A stretch of 58,327 nt of DNA, filler included, from Diploschistes diacapsis (Eukaryota), in NCBI GenBank assembly GCA_023645945.1. It is 5 parts of 5 records of this genome, joined end to end, with 100 filler letters (N's around TTAATTAATTAA, not from the genome) between each part and the next. Parts side by side here need not be neighbours in the genome. Positions count along the whole stretch, not along the records: positions 35,089 to 46,672 come from JALAIB010000820.1; positions 46,773 to 58,327 come from JALAIB010000821.1; 3 more parts are not named here. One strand, given 5' to 3'. Below, piece after piece: positions 36,435-48,182 of the stretch; positions within the stretch are counted from its first letter, which is position 1; every line of letters begins with the position of its first letter. A program made the position numbers and the translations under genes. Below the pieces are notes generated by a model, which saw only the letters and a list, made by a program, of their open reading frames with translations, searched no databases and was not told where the DNA came from.

Positions 36435-38130
36435 ATGGAAGAGCCAAATCGTCTCGACCTCAACAGAGCAGTCACAGGCCCTATAGTTTTGTTGACTTGA
36501 CCGTTGAGAGTGACGAGGGTGGTAACGACGATACGATCAAGAGCGCAGAGAGACCCTTTAAGGCCCAAAAGCTTTCTTATTCTAGTTCACCTTCGCGCAG
36601 AAGCTCCCGTGCACAATGTAGGTCCTAACTTTATTTGATTACAAGAGCTGAGGACGTTCCAATAGCACTCCTACACGGCTTTCTTCAGAAGGAGAGCGTC
36701 CATTCTTACCAAACGGGTACCGTAATTGAGGATGCAGTGCAGCGTTTGAGTCCAACAACTTCGGAGAGCTCTTCCGTTTCCTCCAACCAACCGTTATCCC
36801 ATGTACTTCAAAATCCAATTAAGCCATCATTGAAAAGTGGGAGCAGGCCACGTGGTCGCCCGCGAAGTAAGTCAGGGCCAAGTAAAACGAAGGAGTGACT
36901 AATGGGTGGTAGAGTACAAAATCTTGACAAACCCTTCAACGTTGAAACGAGACGACAATGTGCGGATAGAAGTTCCGTGGGCTATCCACAGTGCGTCCGG
37001 ATCCCCCAGCGAAATACTATGTTGACCGAATCTGACTGATGCAGAGAACCGGTCCTATTGGTGGAGGCGAAGTACGGGGCCAAGTTCTGCTATCCAGGAA
37101 CTAATCTAATGTTGCCATAGAACACCAGCATTCATCGTTCATCACACAGATCGAACGACTGCAACCTCCGGTGTATATTCGGAACGATATCAACGACTCG
37201 GAGCCTCCAACCAATTTCAAATTCATTGAGGAGAGTGTTTTCTGCGTCGGTACCATTCCCCCCGACCCCGAAGCGAGATATGGCTGCACTTGTAGGGCAG
37301 AAAATGGGCGGTCGGTTGGATGCGAGTATAGGTCTTGTTCATGCCTAGAAGATGTTGCGCAGAACGCCGACGGAACGCCGATCGGGTTTCCATATCATGC
37401 AGTCGGTGGAAAAAGGGGATGCCTGCGTAACGTATACCTGGACAAGCGAGAGCATATTTACGAGTGTAATCCGCTGTGTTCGTGTCCTCCGCATTGCAAG
37501 AATAAAGTAGTGCAACATGGTCGGCAGATACCGTTGGAGATATTCAAGACGCAGCACAGAGGATGGGGTGAGCTACTCGCAACTCATCTCCGTACTACTT
37601 TTCCTAACTCATCAGGTCTCCGTTCAACGGTTTCAATCAGGAAGGGGCAATTCATTGACACCTACCGAGGCGAGATCATCACCAATGATGAAGCAGACAG
37701 GCGCGAAGAAGCTGCACGAGCTGCATCTGAAACGGTACTGATGAAAGGGACGGAAATTTCGAAATCGTCTAAAGACTCATATTTTTTCAATTTGGACAAG
37801 TTCGTGGGAAGTTTAACGGAGGAAGAGATTTACGTGGTTGATGGACAATACAAGGGCGGGCCAACAAGATTCCTGAACCACAGCTGCAATCCAAACTTAC
37901 GCCAATTCACAGTGTCTTGCTATCGAGGCAACCCGAAGGTCTACGAACTGGCTTTCTTCGCAAGGGAAGACATTGAAGCTTTGACCGAGCTTACCTTCGA
38001 CTACCTTGATCTGAACGAGCCGGATGAAAGTCTCGACGAAAGCGGCATCGAGGACCTCGAACGGGACAAGGGGGTCAAGGTTACTCAATGTTACTGCGGA
38101 TCGGAGAACTGCAGAGGTTACCTATGGTAG
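36435..38130 (+). CDS. dim-5: histone H3K9 methyltransferase DIM-5/Clr4 (pre-SET, SET, post-SET) with N-terminal extension
   Basis: GCTC..C..C.C, IYECNPLCSC..CKNKVVQ, RGWG, TRFLNHSCNPN, ELTFDY, CYCGSENCRGYLW. Predicted introns 36618-36665, 36867-36912, 36991-37044, 37072-37120 and about 37568-37615 keep frame. One apparent missing T near 36490. Confidence 0.92.
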
Positions 38131-38494
38131 ACAGACACCTCTGCATTAGTCACGATGCTGAGCCTATGTCTCGCTCGTTCATGCATTTGGTTAACGAGAT
38201 ATGAATGTAGCATTGTGGATGGGAAGTACGTGGTTTGCCTAGCGTGGCATGGTGTCTGGTCAAATGAACATCATCAACTGTCGAGACACAAAGTGTACAC
38301 TTGTACAAAAGTGCGTTATCAACATTAATGTCATTCATTCCTCATTACGTCGCCACATCCTTCTCTCCCTCATAGGCATTCTGCACAAACCAGAACAGCC
38401 GGCTACGAACGATGGTATCGTGCAAAGGGTATTAAATTCAACATGTGTCCAAAGCACTCCCCGGAAGGCTCAAGCGTGTCCATCCACTGCAGCC

Positions 38495-38887
38495 TCAAGA
38501 CGTACTCTCGCTCTCCTCCAGGACCTGTGCCATTCCCCACCAACCCACGCTGTTCCTAGGTTCCAGCAGTCCAACCTTCTCCTCGCCGAACTGAGCCCTT
38601 TCCTCTTCGGCCTCGAGGATGCTGAAGTAGGACGGCCGCCTGCTGCTGCTTGTGGACGCGAGCGAGTCGTTGCGGGACTTCGAGCCGAAGCCGAGGGCCA
38701 GGATCTCGTTGAGGGACGAGGCGGCGGGCGTGGTGGAGGTGGTACTGTAAAAGGAGGATGTGGAGGTGGTGCTCGAGGCCGATGGCGAGCGAGAGGCCCG
38801 CGCCAATGAGCCCTGTGGACGGCTGGAGCGGAAGGGGTCGGTGAACATGTTGCGGGCGTTCATGAAGGTTGGAGACCGTGGAGGCAT
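38495..38887 (-). CDS. small Ser/Thr-rich hypothetical protein
   Basis: Clean ORF MPPRSPTF...LLEPRNSVGWWGMAQVL with coding-like GC content. Confidence 0.55.
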   Translation of the reverse strand: MPPRSPTFMNARNMFTDPFRSSRPQGSLARASRSPSASSTTSTSSFYSTTSTTPAASSLNEILALGFGSKSRNDSLASTSSSRRPSYFSILEAEEERAQFGEEKVGLLEPRNSVGWWGMAQVLEESESTS

Positions 38888-39838
38888 GGCGTTATCGTCC
38901 GAGGTGTTGTAAACCTTGTGACTCTGCACGAACGGTGTGGAGGCGACTGGGGACAGATGGATAGGTCAGGTTGTTCGGAGAGAAGAGAGGTGGAGGACGC
39001 TGGGAAGGTGACGAGATAAGTCGGTAGGTGTTTATGCCAGCGGTGACAGGGACCAGCCTGTGCTTTGTCCGAGCTCGGGACAGTGTGCTATGCACGAGGG
39101 GAAGCGGTGACAGGAAGCGAAGGAAATGGCGAGGAGTCTATCCTGCACTAGCAAAGCAATAAGAAGTCAACAAGCGATAGAGAAAGGTGCAGGACGAAGA
39201 TGGACGACGGCCTAGGGATTAATGCTGCTTCGTCTAGGTAAGAAGTAAAGGATGATAGGGCACAGGGGGAAGCAAGAGCAGCATTGATGATATATGTGGG
39301 ATCCTACCTTGGTGAGCACATCGCTCAAGGGAGTGCAACAACATGGTCGGGGGTTTCTCCATGCGTGTAGCAAAAATGACGGAAAGACAAGCGAAAAGGT
39401 AGCAGTTACTATGCAAATGGCCAACACTTGGCTCATCCAAGGGCTAGGTTGCCTTTGGGTTGGTACGCATAGACAAGAATGGGAACGTAACATGTATCTT
39501 CTTCTGTACAACTTCCAAGGGATCAGGAACTGATACTACACAGCTACTGCAGGAATTACTGTGGCCTCCCCAACTCTTACAGCGTCAGGATGATGTGTGC
39601 CTGGCGATCCCCGGGCGCGATAAACTCCCTCAATTTCACAGTACTGATCTGAATACGCACACCTTGGATTATGGCATATGTTTTCTTTGCTGGCAGCGAC
39701 TTTCAAGAGAGACACGGATCAAGGAAGTCGAACCCTCTGGGTGACAAGGCAACCTACCACCGCCCGAGAGCAATCGAGCACAACGGTGCAAGGTAGGATA
39801 TTTCTGTAGGTGGCTTGGCAGGTCTGTGAGTGGAGTCG

Positions 39839-39870
39839 GATTTGGATTTGGATTTGGATTTGGATTTGGA
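39839..39870. repeat. (GATTTG)n microsatellite
   Basis: Seen directly. Confidence 0.85.
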
Positions 39871-40734
39871 ATTAGAAAAAATATCTATACTACTGAATCC
39901 AATCCAATGAACATAACGTACAAGGTAAGCTTCTAGAAGCTTACTTTGGGATCGTTACTCCCGAATCCCATCAAGGATGATCAGGGGAATAATACCAACC
40001 GCACACAAGGGGCTCATCTCCGCGCATTCTTGAGAGCCATAGGGTTTCATTGGAAAGAAGGGAGCTAATCTATTGTTGCCAACTGTTTGTTTGATAACTC
40101 CAGAACATCAGCACAGCCTGCAACAAACAGATACTGCCTTGTCCTTCCTCCCATTTACGAATTTAGGATCCCCGCCCTTGTTCTTTCCGAAACCCAACTC
40201 CGCCATTGCTGCCCTTGCTCCACTGCTGGTATTTCTGTGGCCTACACACGCAACTAGCCATGTTTCCCAACTACTATCTGCAGTCCATCTACCTCATGCT
40301 GCAACGCCACCGAAAGAAACACGCTTTATTTAGAGGTCATACTGTTGTAGTACAGCAGCTATTCGGCTGCAGGCTCGGTTAATATGCTTACAAATTGCCG
40401 ACCTTGGCTCTGGTGTCAACTTGGTGAGATTCACCGCCATCTGTTAAGCAATCTTCCCTCATCTTATCAAACGGTGGACGCGTCCATCAGAGAGGTCCTT
40501 GCTTTAAAGCCGCTTTACTTGTTATCAACGTTATTTTATGCTTTTGAGTAATAATAACTCGACTTCGGTGTTTCTTTCTCACTCATGTTGCGAAGGACAA
40601 ACAATCCATCAGAGCTAAAAGATGAAAGGGTTACCATCTGACAATGAATATCTGGGAAGCTTGTACACAGGTTCGGTAGACTCATCTTCCACTGCCTTGC
40701 CTTGTGCATTTAGAACATCATTGTTTCCTGAGCC

Positions 40735-41513
40735 TCAGGAATCGGAACAGTCCCCCCAATCAGCCTGGCACTGGAATGCAGGTTATTAGAGGGAGCTCTG
40801 TGCCTGATAGTCGAACGCTTGCACTTACCCAATTTGCAGATCCGCAGAACTCGGTCCCGATACCTGTATAGACACATTGGTGCCATAACCAGGAGCAGAG
40901 CCGAGGAACTTACATACCACAGTAATTACTCCCGCTGCAACACAGCCCGGAAACGCATCTCGAATTCACTATAGGTCCACAGGTATCTCCGTCCAGCGCG
41001 GTGCCCGCGGTGCCGGTCGGATTTGGAGGCGAATCAAAATTCGTTCCGCAGCTTCCAAACTCTTGCTGACATCCGCTGCCGCAGTACAGGGCTTGATCTT
41101 GGATCTAGAGTCTTATCAAGCTCTTGGTAGTGGAAGACTGCGCTTGGGAAGCTTATCATAATCGAGCGACGTACGTTGTTCTTGGGACCTATCATGAGCG
41201 CAGTCAGCGAGGGTCACCATGGATGCGGGCATATCGAACCACAGTGACCCGCAGAGCTGCAGCAACGATAGTAGTATCTTGTCACTCCTGCTCCGGGACA
41301 AGTAGCATTGCCTGATGCCGCACCGCACGTATCGATGTCAGGGATTGAAGAGACGTATGGCTGTGGAAACATTGGTGATGTGGCTGTCGGCCTGGTTATG
41401 CTAGAAAATCCCATGGTGTCGTTGCCCCCGACAAGGTCTGAGCTTGCACTGCAGTGTCGAATCGCGAAAACAAATAGTCCATAGCCGACAAAGGTGAAAT
41501 AGATGCCAACCAT
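40735..41513 (-). CDS. putative secreted protein with two hevein-type chitin-binding (CBM18) domains and no catalytic domain; 4 introns
   Basis: Hydrophobic N-terminus. Domain 1: CGAASGNATC...CCSSAGHCG...YCGSGCQQEFGSC. Domain 2: DGDTCGPIVNSRCVSGLCCSGSNYCG..TEFCGSANWCQADWGDC. TGA at 40735-40737. Confidence 0.85.
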
Positions 41514-42233
41514 GGTGCTATTCGTTATGCCCTACTACGATCACGGCGTGAATCGTGAGGGCCAAACGAAACCTAGTCACAGAAGACCCCCACTGTCAAG
41601 ATTGTTATAACGGAAAAGCGTTACGCAAGATTCAAGATAGGGGACAGGCAGACAAATTTTGGGCTACCGGTACACGGATCATTACTTATAGACATAGAGC
41701 AAACCTTGTGTAACAGATTATCTAGAAGCCACCATATTTTGGGGTGGTACTTCGATCACTTTCAGCATTGCACAATGGCGCACAGCATAAGAATATGCGC
41801 AAGATAGCTGCACACAATGCTTTCAAGAATGCGATTAGATGGTGCTCTGACGGTTCTGGATATTGAAATCCCAGAGTCACGTCGCCCAGGGAAGGTGTGA
41901 GCAATCGATGCACAAGCTTATTGGCCGTCATGATATCGAATAGACATAGACACCCAATAGACTTTGTTCCTATACTTCGTCTGCTCCGTTCAGAATGCCT
42001 AAGATACAACAATCGGACCATTATCAATATTGTTTCCGTTATAAGTGCCGCTAACCGTGATAAATGTAGCCAGGGATTGAAGTCCGTGAGTTCTTAGGTA
42101 ATCTGAATGAGCGATATCGGAGATCCATAGATACTCTAGAGAAAGCTCGCCCCGAGAACTTGAACCGCGCAATTCATCGAAATTGAATGAGCCCTTGACT
42201 ACGACTTCTGGTTAGTTGCCTTATCACTTCAGA

Positions 42234-43640
42234 ATGGCAGCCTGCAGATATTCTGCTAGAGCTCTTCAAACAATTTCAAAGGCCAACAAGCGGCCAAATA
42301 ACTGCAATGGTCACGGACTGCTAAACTCCAATTTTGGAGCATCTCGAAGCTCGCGAACGCTGCGGCGCTCGCCATGCCGGCAGTACAGCATACAAACCTC
42401 GGAGGAATTCATAAAACAGCTACCCTCTCTAGATGCCTCACTTCTCTCCGTCACCAAAACCACAACACCCAAGCCATTGAGCCCGCCGGAGGAGCTAAAG
42501 TTTGGCCATACCTTTACAGGTTCGCCTTGACAAAGTGCGCACTTCAGTCGACTAACAACTTGCAGACCACATGCTCTCTATGGAATGGACAGCATCATCC
42601 GGTTGGCTCCCCCCTCGCATAACACCATACCAAAATCTATCGCTTGACCCCGCAACATGCGTCTTCCATTATGGTTTCGAATGTTTCGAAGGCATGAAAG
42701 CATACAGAGCCGCGGACGGTAGCATACGGCTGTTCCGGCCAGACAAGAACATGGCGCGTTTTAACCGCTCCGCGGTCCGAATAGCGCTGCCAACGTTCGA
42801 CTCGGACGAGCTCATCGTGCTGATCAAAAGGCTCGTCAGGCTGGAAGAGCGCTTCATTCCGCAGTAAGACTAGAGCATACACCTACCACGTTACCCTTTA
42901 CGGAAAAGGGACTAACGCCCTTGTCCAGCTCCCGCGGCTTCTCCCTCTATATCCGTCCCACGCTCATCGGCACCCAGCGCACTCTCGGCGTCGGTCCCCC
43001 GGGATCCGCCCTTCTCTACATCATCTGCTCTCCAGTGGGCCCCTATTACCCAACCGGCTTCAAAGCCGTCTCACTCGAGGCTACCACGACGGTCGTGCGC
43101 GCCTGGCCCGGCGGCGCCGGCGACAACAAGATCGGCGCCAACTATGTCCCCTGCATAGTGCCACAGGTACAGGCTGCGGCGCGGGGCTTCCACCAGAACC
43201 TGTGGGTGTTTGGCCAGGACGACTGCCCGACGGAGGCGGGGACGATGAATTTCTTCGCCGTGTTGCGCGACAGCGCGACGGGCAAGCCGGAGCTCGTCAC
43301 GCCCCCGCTCGACGGGACGATATTGCCAGGCGTGACGCGCGACTCGGTGCTCGAGCTGGCGAGGGAGAGGCTCGTGCCGGAGGGGTGGAAGGTCAGCGAG
43401 AGGCATGCGCCGATGCGGGAGCTGGCGGAGGCGGCAGATAGGGGGGATCTGCTGGAGGCGTTTGGTAGCGGCACAGCGGCCGTGGTGAGCCCGATCAGAA
43501 ACATTAGTTGGAGGGGGAGGAACGTGGATTGCGGGCTGAAGGAAGGGGAGGAGGCGGGCGAGACGGCGCTGAAGATGCAGAGGTGGATCCACGGGATCCA
43601 GTACGGGGACGAGAAGCATCCGTGGAGCGTGCTGGTTTGA
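42234..43640 (+). CDS. BAT1: branched-chain amino acid aminotransferase with probable mitochondrial presequence, 2 introns
   Basis: LKFGHTFTDHML, FHYGFECFEGMKAY, SLYIRPTLIGT, KIGANY, TEAGTMN, GTILPGVTRDS, FGSGTAAVVSP. Confidence 0.95.
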
Positions 43641-44182
43641 AGAGATGGAAACAGGATGGAGAGAAGCAAGAGGCACAATCCACAATCCACCTTTCGTGGT
43701 ATTGACTAGCTTTTCTTACAACAAAGGGGAGGCCTGTCTTACATTACTTGGTATTTTCATCAATCCACCTTGCTAAGCGTTTCTTTCTTATTGGGCGCCA
43801 ATACAATGCAGATTTGAATGGAGCGCCGCTTCTAATCACCATGAACAAGTCCTACTTGGTGATAGGGTTTGAGCGACCCCTGGATAACTTATTATAGAGT
43901 GCTCCAGCATAGAATCCGAGCTTTGGAAAAATAATGTGAGATCCCCAGTCTCGGAGCGAAAAGGCTCTGCTCGGCTATAAGTACATACTGGAAGTTCCAC
44001 ATCCTCGCCAGATTATCGTGATGTTACAGACGGTTGCAACCATTGTCCATGACATTCATATTGGGGGATGGCTTTGGCTCCGACATGTCATCAAGAAAGG
44101 TATCGATCAGCGCCAAGAGTACATTCCGCTCCCCCCTTTTGCTCCTTCTCACGATCCCGTCGCCATCCAAACGTTGACCCCT

Positions 44183-45898
44183 TTATGAATGTAGTCCCTT
44201 CCTGCCCCGCGCCTTCCTCTCGCCACCGCCACCGCTCCCCGTTCCACCCGCACTCCCACCAGCAGCGCCCTGACCAATCCCCTGCCTCCCAGCCAATCCA
44301 AGGCCCATCCCCTCGCCTTCTCCCTCTTCCATGCCCTTCTTTAGCCCAACCTCCAGCCCCCACTCCTCCAGATCGACCCAGTCCTCCCCGTCGCTCATCT
44401 CGCCCACGTGTCCTTCGGCCCTGCACCACCGCCAGACCGTCTTGCTCAGCCTCTGCGCCTTCAGCAGACCCTCGTAGAGCGCCGAGGCCCCGCGGGCGAC
44501 CTCTTCCTGCTTCTGTACGAGCGCGGACAGGATGCGCCGCGTTTCTTCGGCTTCGGGTTCGGGAAGGCCGAAGTTCCGATCTGGGAGAGCAGAGGTGGGG
44601 ACGGTATACAGGGGGTGGATGGGGAGCGTGGGTGATGAAGAAATCGGAGGCGATGTGGGGAGTTCGGCTTGGGGTTGCATGGCGGCGGCTTGGGTTTGGG
44701 CTTGGTGTCGGGTCAGCATGCGGGGTCGTCGGGCCGAGGCGTCCTGCATTTGGGCGTCGTCGGGTTCTGAAGGAGCGGAAGGGGGAGGTGCTTGATGGGG
44801 GCAGTTGCCGTCGGCAGTTTCATTGTTCGGCTGTCGTGTTGGATCTGATCTTTCAATGTCAGTAGCCGGAAGGTTGGCTTGTGTGGTCTCGTCATGCTCG
44901 GTTGCTGTGGCCGTATCGTTCTTTTGCTTCAGCATCTCGAGGACATCCCTATCTGAAGGTGCTGCATGCACATCGTGTGACCACATATTTCGGAGCACTC
45001 TGGCGTTATTAGTCGCATCCTGTACCGAGTTTCCGGCTTTTCTCCTTTCCCTAGAGTCTTCCACAGGCTCATTTGCTGGCTTAAGTGTGTTCAACCTCAT
45101 CTTCAATAGCGCTTCCTGTGAATCATCCGCCGTCACAGTCTCAGTCTCGGAGCCAAGGAGTGCGCCATTAGGCTTTTGCACTAATATGCGATCGACATGC
45201 TCTGGCATAATATCCGTTGAGAATAAGCTCACATCGCTTTCGCTGAAGATAGCACCGCAAGGTATCCAGGGCTGATCACCGCGGAATTTAGTCAGCAGGC
45301 TTTTCAGCTCGACAAGTGTTCTTCGTTCTTTGTGTAGTGTGCTGCAAGCTTGTTGAACCATGTTGGGTAGGATTTTCGATTTGTATGGTAGAGAAAGCGT
45401 CGGATGCTGTTCGAGCTCAGATGCGGCGGTCAAGGGCATTAGGAGGTCTGAGGCTTCGGTGTAAGAAGCTGGTCATCCTGATGGGGGTGGAGTCTTACCT
45501 TGGATAAGTACATGACTGTAAGGATTAAGCTCTGCAGCAGCTTCGTCTGCTTCTGGGTCTTCGTCTTCTGCATCCAGCTCATAGCCATCCTCGTCGTATC
45601 GCCTTGGGTTTATGTAGAGAATATAGCGCCTGTGACCTGCATGATCTATGCGCTGTCCATAGATTTAGAACAGCTAGCTCGGACCGAAGTCAACATGACT
45701 GACCTTCTTGTAAGGCCTTTGCCCGCCTAAACGGCCTTCACGGTAGGATCCAGCCTTTCTCTTAAGCTTGTTTCCCCGGTTTGTGCAAGACGATACCTCG
45801 GCATCAAAGCTCAACCTGTCATCCTCCTCTTCAACGGCTTTCCTAAGCTTAGCCGCTATGTCTTGTATTTGAGACTGGGCCGTCGTAGAGACGGGCAT
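44183..45898 (-). CDS. RXT2: Rpd3L histone deacetylase complex subunit Rxt2-like
   Basis: TNRGNKLKRKA, EDPEAD, PLTAASELEQHPTLSLPYKS, EETRRIL...QKQEEV, VWRWCRAEGHVGEMSDGEDW. Confidence 0.82.
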
Positions 45899-46297
45899 AG
45901 TGAAGGACTACTGTGACCACAGTGGATCTTGTCAAAAGAACCCAATAGGCCGTCGATATCCTGGATAATAGCTCAAACGAGTAGATCAAGTTGTTACGAA
46001 AGCACTGGAGAGAGAGTCAAAGCTGATCTGCAGGGCTCTCAAGCTGTAAGCTGGATCGGCGAGACGAGCGCAGGGGTGAGGGATAATGGAGAACACACAT
46101 TCTGATTGTGAATGATGAATAATCTTGAAATCGTGAAAAGGGCTGACTTTCGTTTGGCGCACCAAGCGGCATGACTGAGAGAGCATGATGAGGATTGTTC
46201 TTTCACTTGCAGTTCTTGTGAAGCGCGGAAGCTTCCGCTATAGCGTTATGTTATGTTATGTCAACTGGTATTTTATAATATATGTTATACGGGACCC

Positions 46298-46672
46298 GGC
46301 GGCATGGTCGGATAATAAAAATAATTATTGACAGACCTTTTTCATCGAAAGGTCATGGGTTCAATTCCTAATACTACCACCACCTGAATATTCTTTATTC
46401 CAGGCTTAGTATCCTGGTTTAATCTTAAGTGATTATAATTATTCTCGGCGCAACCACTCGATATCCATAATATATTTTTGACTTAGGTTAGCAGGTTCGA
46501 CAAAAATGCGGAATAATAGGATATGCGGGGTAATATTACTAGGATAATTATGATTATATAATGAAGATACTGTATCGCAATATTTAAAAGGTTATTAAGT
46601 ATTAATATTTATATGTAAGCTAGTTCCAGCCGGTATAATCAAATCATGTCAGAATACTAACCTAAATAGGTT
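46298..46672 (+). mobile_element. RIP-mutated tRNA-headed SINE-like relic (tRNA-like head 46298-46379)
   Basis: GGCGGCA...TACTACCA (transition-mutated acceptor stem), A-box-like TGGTCGGATAAT, B-box GGTTCAATTCC, then a TpA-rich body to the contig end. Confidence 0.55.
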
Positions 46673-46772
46673 NNNNNNNNNNNNNNNNNNNNNNNNNNNN
46701 NNNNNNNNNNNNNNNNTTAATTAATTAANNNNNNNNNNNNNNNNNNNNNNNNNNNNNNNNNNNNNNNNNNNN
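46673..46772. other. artificial contig spacer
   Basis: N44-TTAATTAATTAA-N44. Confidence 0.97.
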
Positions 46773-47623
46773 TCCCCTGCACGTCCCTCTTCCTCCCTCC
46801 AACCCGCACACATAGATCAACTTCCAGCCCCACTCTTTCCCGTCGCCCCTGCGCTGAAGGATCCCTCAACCTCCCAGCCCTCCCCATCGTCCTGTCGGAC
46901 TATCTGCTCAACCGATGGGACGCGGAGACAGAGGCCGAAATGGCGCGCCGCTTGCTCCCGGTCAAGGAGGAGGGGGAGGTCGTGTGCTTCGATGCTAGGT
47001 TGTCGGAGTTAAACGGAGTTGGAATCGAGGTGGATGTTGAGGTTGGGGTTGGAGGGAAGGTGGATGGAGATAGAGGCGGAGGTAGAGATGGAGAATTGAG
47101 TGTGATTGCCGAGGTGGAGGTCGGGGAGGAGGGAGTGAGAGTTGGGGATGAGGATGGGGGGGAGAGGATGAAGACGACGAAAACCCCGAAAACTACGAGT
47201 CCTGGTAAGCAGGGGAGAAGGAGGATGGGGGCAATGGTGGAGAAGGCAAAGGAAGAGGAGAGGGCAAAGGAGATGGAGAAGGCTAGCAGAGGAGAGAGGA
47301 ATCAGGGAAGGACTGCCGTCGTGGCGAAAGGGAAGGAGGAGTGGCTAAGGAGGGAGATGTTTAGGACGAGGGTGGGGGCGGTGTCGCCGAGGAAGTCGCC
47401 GGTGAAGTCTCCCGCGAAAGGAAGGGCTGAGGCGATGAGGTCGCCTACCAAGTCGCCGGTGAATGTGAGGGGTAGGTCGCCGATAAAGACATCAGGGAGG
47501 CTGGGGGAAAAGTCGCCGTTGAACGAAAAGAATGGAGGGGAGGAGGTGATGATTAGGATCTGTGCGTGGAATGGCGATATTGGGCGGGCTGGTGTGCCGC
47601 TGAATGTACTGCGGGGAGCATAA
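46773..47623 (+). CDS. 3' part of a hypothetical protein with repeated SP(K/R) motifs
   Basis: Purine-rich open frame with VSPRKSPVKSPAK, RSPTKSPV, RSPIK; 5' end lost at the contig edge. Confidence 0.45.
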
Positions 47624-48182
47624 GAAGCATAGAAGGAGAAAGGATGAAAAAAGTGTGAGATAAAGGAATGAGATTTTGTAGAGAAAAGAATCGAGGGAGA
47701 GTTGATGTATTGGCGGTGGTTGGAGGCGTTGCCGAATTTGAGCTTGGACTGAAAGGAATTCGTAGACAGCTCTTTACAAGCCTAAATTGATCTGAATTTT
47801 GATAAAACCAGTCACCTTCACTTCCCCATGCGCGATATAGAAAACTTCTGGTGCGAAATATCCAAGGAAAAGCCATCTGGGCCAAACCCTGTCTTCTCTT
47901 TAATGGGCCAATTTGCACGGAAGTAGCTTTTGGGCTCGAGGCTTGTCATGCTCGCGCGTCAATATTGCAATGTTTCCATTAACTGATGTGCACACGTACC
48001 GAGTCCAATTTCGTGCGCAGTTCAACCTCCTCTCCGCGACTTTTGGGAAGGGCCTAGAATACAATAAAAAGTCTCAAAGAAAACCTTGAGTGGTTCCGAT
48101 TTCCTGATATCCCTTACTCTTTGCTTCTGCTGTCTTGTAAGATTGCCGAACACGTATTGCCTCGCTTTGTCTGTTTAGTGTA

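Noticed and set aside
46298..46379. Functional tRNA gene
   Set aside because: Acceptor and T stems are mismatched and there is no proper anticodon arm.
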